Source: a virus (lineage: Duplodnaviria > Caudoviricetes). Taken from it: a DNA stretch of 64,000 nucleotides. Every line of letters starts with the position of its first letter. The stretch's first letter is position 1. The stretch lies in the IMG/VR virus record IMGVR_UViG_3300026735_000021, positions 22,625-86,624 of that record; one strand, written 5' to 3'. Of this stretch, positions 31,150 through 40,018 are shown piece by piece. The translations under genes were made by a program, and so were the position numbers. Under the pieces are notes generated by a model. That model was not told the origin of the DNA. It saw only the letters and a list, made by a program, of their open reading frames with translations, and searched no databases.

Positions 31150-31266
31150 CAAGATGATATAAACCGCATATATTTTTTATATAGATCATCAGATATAATT
31201 TTTTTTTGAATATTATTCATTATAGGCGATACTTATCTTTTATATATAAATTCTTAATGCCACCCT

Positions 31267-32316
31267 AAAGTGGAACCACTAAACATGACAGTGGTCTCGG
31301 TTCATCGTCACAGGTTCCACCGGTTCCACTTTGGTGGAACTTTTCAGTACACCAAAAATTAGTGTTTGTAATATTTCACGAACCACCATTGTAACAACGT
31401 TTATGCACGTTTTCGCATCAATTTATACAGTGCTAAATTTCGTGGTTCCAATGGTTCCACCAAATTTTGACAACCATTTATAATATTGCTCCCTTTTTGA
31501 CATACATTAAAGAAATCTAAGCATCATAGGGAGCAGAGCATTATTTCTAAATAATATATAAATATAGTGGAACTAGTGGAACTTAATTAACTAAGTCCGT
31601 GGTTGACACTTTTTGAGGTTCCACTTTTGGTTCCACTTTTGCTAAAAAGTTCCACCAAAGTGGAACTTTTGTTCAGTCTAACTGGAATTTTGGCTAAAAA
31701 CATCACTCATTATATTCTAATGTATCTCATTTTCAGTCAAAATTTTTATAATTATTGCTGAAAAAAAATAAAGCAGGCGCCATAAAAAAGAGAGCATCCT
31801 ACCCCATTTTCCTGTATTTTTAGACCAAAAGTGGAACCTGTAATATTTGCAACATTTATTTTTCCAAAATTTCACATGACAAATCATGTTTCGTATGAAT
31901 TGCTATTGACCCAATTATTTAAATTTTAATGTATACATTTATTGGAAAATTTCACAATATATAAGGTTCCACCATAATATAGTTGAAATATGCCGTAATG
32001 TGGCATATTTCGTTTTATGAGAAATTGCAAATTATGATGACGACGAAGGTCTATTTTCTGTATTGATTTATAAGAAAATCCAAAGGTTCCACCAAAAAGT
32101 GGAACCGTAAATCATGACAACATCAAACCTTTAAACGTGTATTTCCAAAAAGTTCCACTAAAGTGGAACTTTTCAATGAACATTGAGCCTCGTAATTTTA
32201 CACTATAACTTTTTTCTAATTATTTTATAATAATGCCAAAAATAAATATCAATAATGATTTGTGAAAGCATAAACTTGGCAAAAAGGTTCCACTTTCAAT
32301 CGACCAAAGTGGAACC
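31267..32316. repeat. Field of GTGGAAC/GTTCCAC iteron-like repeats; candidate replication origin
   Basis: 19 exact heptamers counted by eye, in both orientations, several as inverted pairs (e.g. AAAAGTTCCAC-CAAA-GTGGAACTTTT), in an ORF-free 1.3-kb gap. Confidence 0.75.
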
Positions 32317-32452
32317 AAACAAAAATATTAACAAAGCCCGTAGTAATCATGCTTTGTAGCGTATTTTTGATAATAATAATTTAAAAAAGAAATTGTTTAT
32401 ACAATTTTATTTTTTTAAATATTGTAATAAAACTCTTGAAAGGAAATAATCT

Positions 32453-32986
32453 ATGAACAATAGAGATACTGACACCCTACTCCAATGTGAGCGATTAAAA
32501 GAATTAATTAAAACTCAGCCATGGCTATCATACAAAGAATTGGGGGAACAATTAGGTGTAACCAAACAAAGAATTGGGCAAATAATCAAAAAAAATAATA
32601 TATCTTATAATAAAACATTGAAACCATTATCTATTCAATATGGCGATGATGTTATCACGAATGCCTCAATGTTAATGTTAAGCAATCCAAGTCTAATGAT
32701 AGATGCAATACGAGAACAAACAGGTTTGAGTCAGACGGCTATTGAACGATTGAGATATACACTAAACCGAGAAACGCCTCAAGCCGAACATTCAAAACAA
32801 CAAGTTGAAATCTTAAGAAAATTTGTTAAAGATAATAATTTAGAAGTAAATCCACATGGTATGACTGTCGATGATATTTCATCTAAATTAGGTTGGTCAA
32901 AACAAAAATTGAATAAAATTCAAAGAGAAAATAATATTAAAATCTATTATCCAGTTGGTAGAAACATTGATTATTCCCCACGATAA
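32453..32986 (+). CDS. Multi-HTH DNA-binding protein
   Basis: SYKELGEQLGVTKQRIGQII, IREQTGLSQTAIER, TVDDISSKLGWSKQKLN: three HTH-like units. Confidence 0.65.
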   Translation: MNNRDTDTLLQCERLKELIKTQPWLSYKELGEQLGVTKQRIGQIIKKNNISYNKTLKPLSIQYGDDVITNASMLMLSNPSLMIDAIREQTGLSQTAIERLRYTLNRETPQAEHSKQQVEILRKFVKDNNLEVNPHGMTVDDISSKLGWSKQKLNKIQRENNIKIYYPVGRNIDYSPR

Positions 32987-33050
32987 TATAATCAATACGA
33001 TAATAAATTCATTGACGAACACTGGCAATAGTGCTATAATGAAGTAAACG

Positions 33051-33064
33051 GCTGAAATGTCAAC
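33051..33064. promoter_or_regulatory. Palindromic operator candidate
   Basis: GCTGAAATGTCAAC just downstream of TTGACG-17-TATAAT promoter. Confidence 0.55.
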
Positions 33065-33082
33065 AGAAAAGGAACGAAATAT

Positions 33083-33913
33083 ATGCACGATTTGTACATG
33101 TGGTATCTAAATACTGTATCATTACCTATTAGGACAGTTTTATATAATATTGTAACTGCAATTGATATTATTTTACGATATATATTATTATTCATAATGT
33201 TTATCCTTCATACCATTGATTTGATTTATATCCCTCTTATTGTATTTATAATTGGTGGGGGTTTAATATTCATCACAATTTATACCATTACCGAATCCAA
33301 GAATATACCTCAATTAGTAAAGGACAATAGTAGAGATTCACACCTATTAAATGATGTAATATTTGCCCGCAAAGTTTTTGAACCAGATGAGCAAAAACAC
33401 AATGGTGTATTTGAAAGCAAACTCAAAAAAAGATTGAAATTTGTGATTATAAAAGATCTTCTCACAATTGTTTTAGCCGTTATTATTGTATTGGCTATAT
33501 CAAAATTTACACCCAATTCTACATATAAACAATTGAAAGATCATCATGATTATTATGCCGAATCAATTAATAAATACAAAATCGTATCTGATAATTCATT
33601 AACCTTTGTTGGACTTATGATGACAAATGATCATTTTAATGCTGACCCCCATTCTCGAATGCTTGATTTCGTAAACAAAGAATACCCAATGAACACACTT
33701 ACAGCAATAGCCTCACAGTATCAATCAGCCACTAAAATCATAAAGAAAAATGGAAAAGATAAAAACGAAATTGATAATTCCAAAAAAGTTGTAGCAAAAA
33801 TCAAAGAAATCAATAAAAACATTGATAAAATTTACAATAACACCAAAGATAAAACAAAAGCTAACAAAGAAATTTATGATAAGTATGGCGAGCTATCAAC
33901 AATAACCCCATAA
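33083..33913 (+). CDS. Hypothetical membrane protein
   Basis: Hydrophobic segments near residues 25-70 and 120-142; Lys-rich C-terminus. Confidence 0.6.
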   Translation: MHDLYMWYLNTVSLPIRTVLYNIVTAIDIILRYILLFIMFILHTIDLIYIPLIVFIIGGGLIFITIYTITESKNIPQLVKDNSRDSHLLNDVIFARKVFEPDEQKHNGVFESKLKKRLKFVIIKDLLTIVLAVIIVLAISKFTPNSTYKQLKDHHDYYAESINKYKIVSDNSLTFVGLMMTNDHFNADPHSRMLDFVNKEYPMNTLTAIASQYQSATKIIKKNGKDKNEIDNSKKVVAKIKEINKNIDKIYNNTKDKTKANKEIYDKYGELSTITP

Positions 33914-34009
33914 TATAAGGTCTGCAATATGCAGACTTTTTTTTTTAAAAAGGTATAGTTTAACTTGACCTTTCTTTGAATTAATGATATGATAGTATTA
34001 GTTCAAATG

Positions 34010-34023
34010 ACTGAAATTTCAAC
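34010..34023. promoter_or_regulatory. Palindromic operator candidate
   Basis: ACTGAAATTTCAAC downstream of TTGACC-17-TATGAT promoter of the XRE/primase operon. Confidence 0.55.
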
Positions 34024-34042
34024 TTATATTCAAAGGATAACT

Positions 34043-34276
34043 ATGAAAACTTACAATTTAACCGAATTGCGGAAGAAATCAAAACTTACAGTAAAATCGA
34101 TTACTTCCGAATTATCAATTACAAAAGCCACATTATATGCGTGGGAGAATGGAACAACACAAATACCATTATTAAGTCTTAAACGCTTATTAGAACTATA
34201 TGGTGTTACAATGAAAGATCTTGACTGGGATAGCATCTTTAATAATTTAGAAAGCAAGCGCAATATTGTCGAATAA
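34043..34276 (+). CDS. XRE-family HTH transcriptional regulator
   Basis: LTELRKK.KLT...I..EL.IT..TL.AWENG.T.IP...L..L..LYGV; RBS AAGGA before ATG 34043. Confidence 0.85.
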   Translation: MKTYNLTELRKKSKLTVKSITSELSITKATLYAWENGTTQIPLLSLKRLLELYGVTMKDLDWDSIFNNLESKRNIVE

Positions 34277-35897
34277 TGTGTCAACTACACAGCCTTATAA
34301 ATTTATTACACAAACGCCTGATTACTTAAAATCATTTCTACTCAATTTAAAAATACCAAAGCCTTTAAGTTTAGATGATTTATCTAAAATTGGTGAAACG
34401 GCTCTTATTGAAAAGAAATTAAGTGTAGAAACAAGTAATGCAGGTTTAGCGTCACGTGTACAAAAGCGTATCCCAGAGACGCTAGATTTTTTTGAAACGG
34501 CTGTGATTCTAACATTTATTATTCCCTTTAAAAATATTTATGTATCAAAAGAATCAAATGACACATTATTGGGAGCATATCAAGCACAAGGACCAAATAA
34601 AGGTGTATACGAGACAAATATAGAAATTTTATATCGTTTAGTTGATGCCGTATCTCCACGCTTCAAAGATAAAGATATACAAGATACACTAAACAAAATA
34701 AAAAGAATTGTGCCCACAATACAACAGACAACTCATCCTGATTTAATTATTGCAAACAATGGAGTTTTCAATAAAAAATCTAAAAAACTAATGCCATTTA
34801 GTGACGATTATATTTTCTTAGCAAAATTGGCAATTAATTATGTTGAAAATCCAAAAAACCCTACAATTATAGCAGATGATGGTTATGTATGGGACGTTGA
34901 CACATGGATATCAGAATTAGCTGAAGATGATGATACTAATTTATTAATATGGCAAGTCATTTCTGACTTTATTCAATCAGGATATTCTCGAGAAAAAGCA
35001 ATCTTCTTCTATTCTCAATCAGGTAACAACGGTAAAGGAACACTTGGCCAATTAATGAAGAATATTGTTGGTAAAGGTAATTATAGTTCATTAGCCATTA
35101 ACGATTTCAAACATGAATTCTTAAAAGAATCACTATTAGGTGTCACAGCCAATATTGCCGACGAGAACGATGTGGATCAATATATTGATTCTGTTCGTGA
35201 TTTTAAAGCGTCTATTACAGGTGATGACATCAATGTCAATAGGAAATTTGAGAAGCCAATACGTCTTCAATTCAAAGGGACAAATGTTCAAATGCTAAAT
35301 GGTTTACCAAAAACTCGTGATAAATCAGACTCATTCTATCGTCGTTTAATTCTTGTACCGTTTATCAAGTCTTTCACCAATAATGGTCAAAGAAAATACA
35401 TTAAAGATGATTATATAAAACGAAAAGATGTATTAGAATATGTCTTATGGAAAGCATTCAATTTAGATTTTAATGAATTCATTGTACCAAACAAATCACA
35501 GATTTTATTAAATGATTATAAGGAAATGAACAATCCCGTTATCCAATTCTGGGCTGAAATTGAGCCACAATTACAATGGGATTTAGTACCAACACAATTC
35601 CTATATGATTTGTTTATTTCATGGTTCAACAAAAATAACCCAATGGGTAAACCTATAAGTCGACAATCATTTATGGACTTGTTTAGATTGCAAATAGAAA
35701 CATCCACAACCTGGATTAATAAATTTGAAAAAACAGATAAAGTAAAAACAGGTACTAAAATGGATGCAGACGAACCATTAATTACAGAATATCAACTCAA
35801 TGATTGGATGAATTCAAAAGCACGAACAACAACAAATCTTCAAAAATTGAGAAATTTTGATAGAAAAGCAGCCTATCGTGGAATTGTTCGCAAATAA
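34266..35897 (+). CDS. P4/D5-family phage/plasmid primase-associated SF3 helicase
   Basis: D5_N-like IIANNGVFN..., Walker A SGNNGKGT, NIADEN, FKASITGD.I.V.RKF, RRLILVPF, winged-helix-like LY..F..W. Confidence 0.88.
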   Translation: MSNNVSTTQPYKFITQTPDYLKSFLLNLKIPKPLSLDDLSKIGETALIEKKLSVETSNAGLASRVQKRIPETLDFFETAVILTFIIPFKNIYVSKESNDTLLGAYQAQGPNKGVYETNIEILYRLVDAVSPRFKDKDIQDTLNKIKRIVPTIQQTTHPDLIIANNGVFNKKSKKLMPFSDDYIFLAKLAINYVENPKNPTIIADDGYVWDVDTWISELAEDDDTNLLIWQVISDFIQSGYSREKAIFFYSQSGNNGKGTLGQLMKNIVGKGNYSSLAINDFKHEFLKESLLGVTANIADENDVDQYIDSVRDFKASITGDDINVNRKFEKPIRLQFKGTNVQMLNGLPKTRDKSDSFYRRLILVPFIKSFTNNGQRKYIKDDYIKRKDVLEYVLWKAFNLDFNEFIVPNKSQILLNDYKEMNNPVIQFWAEIEPQLQWDLVPTQFLYDLFISWFNKNNPMGKPISRQSFMDLFRLQIETSTTWINKFEKTDKVKTGTKMDADEPLITEYQLNDWMNSKARTTTNLQKLRNFDRKAAYRGIVRK

Positions 35898-35929
35898 AAA
35901 ACACCCCAACTTGAGGTGTTTTTTTTTTT
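35896..35929. terminator. Bidirectional terminator at the +/- gene convergence
   Basis: AAAAAACACC..GGTGTTTTTT hairpin. Confidence 0.75.
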
Positions 35930-37139
35930 ATAAATCAGGGCCATCATTTTCTTTACTACGAGGCTTTGGTCTAGGTTTGAAATCTTCGGCTGTAATTTCC
36001 CGCTCAGGTAATTTTGGTGTATCATTAGAATTATCAACATGAAGGGAAACAACTGGTGTTTGTGGTTGAGACTCGGCCAGATTTACGAAATCATCGCCAT
36101 CAAAACCACTAAATTCAATAGGATGACTCTCATACTCTTTTAAGGCTTGCTCTGCTGCCGCTAATGGATTTAAATCAACAGAAAAGTCATTGGTCAAATC
36201 TGCTTCAAATTCATTTTCATGTGACATATCCCGTTCACCACCATTTATAGCCTTATCAATTAAATCCGCATTATGCAATTGAGGTTGAGCGCCAGGCTTC
36301 ACCGAATGATACGCGGGAACATATAGACCTCGAGACAAATTATCCATCAATGTACTCATATCGTCAGCAATCATTGGATCTGTTGGGAAATACAACGAAT
36401 CCTCAAGCATATCATATCCCACTTTATCAATAGCTTCTTTTGTAACAACATCGGGATCATCCAAATCAGAATAAAGTCGTAATAATGATTTATAGTACGC
36501 AACAGAGGCATTGTCTAACATTTCACGATGAGCTTCACCATTTTCATCATAATTCAAATAACGTGTATTTTTTGTCATGTGTTTAGTATAAGCTCTACTG
36601 GCTGCATAAATTTCTTCAGATGTTTCACCACGAAATGCTTTAATTAAATTAACTTGGAAACTACCATAAATAATATCTTGATAATATGGATTATCAGCTT
36701 TATTTTGTGACCAATAATCTAAATCATATTCATCATTATATACATTTTTCATAATGTATTCTGCTAAAATTTCATTTGTCAATTCACCTTTAGGAACATT
36801 ATCAACATACCCTAAGCGTTTAGCATCTTGTCGTAATGCGTCCATAAACAAATCATCATTAGTAGCTACATAATCAAAATCAACCATTGATGGTTGAACA
36901 CGCATAATTTTTAAATCACGAGGAGGCTTATTTAACACTTCATCCACATCATAATCGTGGCTTAATCGTTCACTCAAATATTGTTGTAAACTTTGAAGCC
37001 CTTCTTCACACACAATATAAGCGGGATGAGATCGAGCACCATATCCATCCCAGCCCTCAGCATATTCTTTTTTTAATCGGTCCAATTGAACATATTCATT
37101 TATTTCTTTTTTGGCAGCACGATCTGATAAAAACCCCAT
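35928..37139 (-). CDS. Hypothetical acidic protein
   Basis: 403-aa ORF, RBS GAGGTG, acidic tail ending in DL like neighbouring genes. Confidence 0.65.
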   Translation of the reverse strand: MGFLSDRAAKKEINEYVQLDRLKKEYAEGWDGYGARSHPAYIVCEEGLQSLQQYLSERLSHDYDVDEVLNKPPRDLKIMRVQPSMVDFDYVATNDDLFMDALRQDAKRLGYVDNVPKGELTNEILAEYIMKNVYNDEYDLDYWSQNKADNPYYQDIIYGSFQVNLIKAFRGETSEEIYAASRAYTKHMTKNTRYLNYDENGEAHREMLDNASVAYYKSLLRLYSDLDDPDVVTKEAIDKVGYDMLEDSLYFPTDPMIADDMSTLMDNLSRGLYVPAYHSVKPGAQPQLHNADLIDKAINGGERDMSHENEFEADLTNDFSVDLNPLAAAEQALKEYESHPIEFSGFDGDDFVNLAESQPQTPVVSLHVDNSNDTPKLPEREITAEDFKPRPKPRSKENDGPDL

Positions 37140-37228
37140 ATGTCACCTCTTCTTTTCATATTATATCTATTATAAGAATAACACAAAATCAGTCAAAACC
37201 CTAATTTTGATTTAAACAAAAAAGACGA

Positions 37229-37540
37229 TTATTTCGTCTTTTCATTGTCCGAGCGCAAACGCCGTTTGTATGTTCGACTTGCCGTAAATACAAATGACTT
37301 ATGGGCAGGAATTTCATATTCTTCTTTTGATTTCGGATTTCGACCTTTATGCCCTTTTCGATCTTTCATTTCGAAACGACCCCTACCTTGAAATCTAACC
37401 ATATGGCCAAGTTCAACCTCGTCCTGAAGAATATCCCAAAACGCATCCACCATTTCTGTTGTTTCATCAACTGTTTTATTCAATTTGGCACTAAGCAAAC
37501 GAACAAAATCACCTTTATTTAATTTGACAGGTTTCGTCAT
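37229..37540 (-). CDS. hup: HU-family DNA-binding protein
   Basis: LNK.DFV..L...., V.FQGRGRFE...RK..KGRNPKS.EE.EIPA.K...F.AS. Confidence 0.9.
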   Translation of the reverse strand: MTKPVKLNKGDFVRLLSAKLNKTVDETTEMVDAFWDILQDEVELGHMVRFQGRGRFEMKDRKGHKGRNPKSKEEYEIPAHKSFVFTASRTYKRRLRSDNEKTK

Positions 37541-37766
37541 ATTCTAATCACCTTTACATCTTATTTTTCATTCTTATTCAAAAATTATTTATATATTAAT
37601 GATAACAAAAAAATACAAGAAAATCAACAGAAATCATTATTTGGGGGAAAAAAATAAAACCATGAACAACAAATAAATGTCATTTCATGGTTTTTGTTTT
37701 CAACTTATTTATTCAACCGAGAATAATATAATCTTACATACAAATTATACCACACCCAACATAAAA

Positions 37767-38375
37767 TTACAAATCAAGATCATAATCATCTTTTTGTTTT
37801 TGTATATTTTTCTCATTTTTTGGCTCGATATCTGCCCCTGTGTCATCAATAGGCTCTGGATCACCAAACTCTACATCAAAATCATTTTGCAACTCATTCG
37901 ATTTAACTGTTCCCATTGTTTTTTGATGTTCTGGCTCAATTGCTCGAGAATAATCCAATTTCAGTTCCATATCCGGAATTGTATCCACAATTTCTTCATT
38001 TCGAATTTCATCTTGATAATCAGAAAATCCAACGAAAGCATCAACTGGCATTTTATAATGATCTTCAAAATTATCAGCAAATTTATCAGCAAAATCATGT
38101 TGATTTCCAGCCGTAGTGTCCACAACTTGTTTTAAATCATCTTTATCAATATCAATTGAATCAGACAATGCGTCATATAAATAACTATCAAAATCCTTTT
38201 TCATATCATTAAACATCAAAGCTTCACTTAAACTTTTACGTTGAACACTTTCTGATATTGTTTGAATTAAATCATTGATTCGCTTTGAATTTTGATCATC
38301 ATCGAAATTACCAGCATAAATCTGACTCAATGCTTCAGTAACTTCTTCTTTTGTATACTGTTTCTTTTTGGTCAT
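37767..38375 (-). CDS. Hypothetical acidic protein
   Basis: RBS AAGGTGG before ATG at 38375; acidic tail DDYDLDL. Confidence 0.6.
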   Translation of the reverse strand: MTKKKQYTKEEVTEALSQIYAGNFDDDQNSKRINDLIQTISESVQRKSLSEALMFNDMKKDFDSYLYDALSDSIDIDKDDLKQVVDTTAGNQHDFADKFADNFEDHYKMPVDAFVGFSDYQDEIRNEEIVDTIPDMELKLDYSRAIEPEHQKTMGTVKSNELQNDFDVEFGDPEPIDDTGADIEPKNEKNIQKQKDDYDLDL

Positions 38376-38541
38376 ATAAACCACCTTTCTTATATAATTA
38401 TACCATGATATCAAACAAATATGAAATATGAATTAAACGATGACCTCAAATGACAATAAAAATAATATTATGAAACTTCTTTTTTTTAACTAAATTTGAT
38501 ATAATTTAAGAGTAATACAATAAAAAGGAAATAAATAAAAT

Positions 38542-39609
38542 ATGGAAAATAATTCGGATAGAATGGGGTTCGCATTAATCGCACTTAGCGTAGTAGCTTT
38601 TGTGTTACTTGCTGTGAATGGCCCATTGAAATCTACCGTCGGTGGCTTTTTTAATGGCTTTAACAATTGGCAAGAATCGACATTTAGTCAAATCTTGAAT
38701 AAAATTAATCCTAATGACGCTAAGTGGGTCACAAAAGGCGACTGGGGCTCAAATAGTAAATTTGTTGTAGATAAAGATGGTAATGCTGTGATTTATGCGA
38801 TGGATGCATCGAAACCGATCATATTTCATAATATGGCGTCTGAAAATGCAAAATTACCAAAAGATACCTTGACAACGCTTACCTTTCAGGATAAGGTTCA
38901 AGGTGACACAAATAGTTCAATGGCGAGCGCATTTTCTTATAATAGATATAGAAATCTCAAGACCATCCATAATTTGGATACGAATGTCGATACATCTAAT
39001 GTTATGGATATGAGTTGGATGTTCTATAATTCAAAGCTAACATTAGTTGGTGATTTGAGTCAATGGAATACATCGAAGGTGACTAATATGGATTCAATGT
39101 TCAGTCATTCAAAGCTAACATCAATTGGTGATTTGAGTCAATGGAACACATCGAATGTTAAGGATATGAGTTTTATGTTCATTGGTTCACAGTTAAACTC
39201 AGTTGGTGATTTGAGTAAATGGAATACGTCAAATGTGACGAATATGGGGTATATGTTCAGTTTTTCAAAGCTAACATCAGTTGGTGATTTGAGTCAATGG
39301 AATATGTCAAAAGTGACTGCTATGGGTGATATGTTCTATGATTCAAAGCTAACATCAGTTGGTGATTTGAGTCAATGGAATACGTCAAATGTGACGAATA
39401 TGGGTGAGATGTTCACGAATTCAAAGCTAACATCAGTTGGTGATTTGAGTAAATGGAATACGTCAAATGTGACTACGATGAAAGGGGCGTTCAGTTCTTC
39501 AGAGTTAACGTCAGTTGGAGATTTGAGTAAATGGAATACATCGAATGTTACGGATATGAGATATATGTTCCGTGATTCAAAGCTAACGCCACCATCATGG
39601 TATCATTGA
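38542..39609 (+). CDS. BspA/DUF285-type leucine-rich-repeat surface protein with N-terminal membrane anchor
   Basis: About seven 26-aa repeats SKLTSVGDLS(Q/K)WNTSNVT.M..MF; N-terminal TM FALIALSVVAFVLLAV. Confidence 0.9.
   Translation: MENNSDRMGFALIALSVVAFVLLAVNGPLKSTVGGFFNGFNNWQESTFSQILNKINPNDAKWVTKGDWGSNSKFVVDKDGNAVIYAMDASKPIIFHNMASENAKLPKDTLTTLTFQDKVQGDTNSSMASAFSYNRYRNLKTIHNLDTNVDTSNVMDMSWMFYNSKLTLVGDLSQWNTSKVTNMDSMFSHSKLTSIGDLSQWNTSNVKDMSFMFIGSQLNSVGDLSKWNTSNVTNMGYMFSFSKLTSVGDLSQWNMSKVTAMGDMFYDSKLTSVGDLSQWNTSNVTNMGEMFTNSKLTSVGDLSKWNTSNVTTMKGAFSSSELTSVGDLSKWNTSNVTDMRYMFRDSKLTPPSWYH
39031..39590 (+). repeat. 78-bp tandem repeat array inside the BspA-like gene
   Basis: TCAAAGCTAAC...GGTGATTTGAGT.AATGGAATAC recurs with 78-bp period. 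Confidence 0.9.
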
Positions 39610-39693
39610 TAAATACGGGCATTAAACCCTGACTATCATGAAGAGCTTGATGCTCTTTTTCTTTTTGTATAAATTTGCTGATAAGTTGTGTTA

Positions 39694-39776
39694 CTGGCTT
39701 TTTTAATGGCTTTAAACATTAACAAGAAACCACATTCAGTAGTATTTTAAGCAATGAGTCTGATGGAAATTCATAA
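39694..39776 (+). pseudogene. Remnant of a paralog of the BspA-like N-terminus
   Basis: Translates TGFFNGFKH*QETTFSSIL versus GGFFNGFNNWQESTFSQIL at 38641; Trp codon position is now TAA. Confidence 0.6.
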
Positions 39777-39977
39777 CAACAGATTGTTTTGCAAATGTTC
39801 CGCTATATAACAACATGATAACCCAATCATTAATTTCGCAATACCACATTACACTAAGAGCCCATATTGGCTTCATATGATGCTTTTATTATTAAAGTGA
39901 TAACTTATACAGGACAATGCCGACATGAGCCTTAAAATCAAAACTTAGGGCATTTAATTGGTGTTTTTATCAAAATG

Positions 39978-40010
39978 AAAAGGATAACTTAATTGTTATC
40001 CTTTTTTTTT
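39978..40010. terminator. Terminator at end of the RNAP-like gene (likely bidirectional)
   Basis: AAAAGGATAAC/GTTATCCTTTT hairpin. Confidence 0.75.
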
Positions 40011-40018
40011 TATTATAA

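Noticed and set aside
31267-32316. CRISPR array
   Set aside because: Repeats are only 7-11 bp, in both orientations and irregularly spaced; no cas genes
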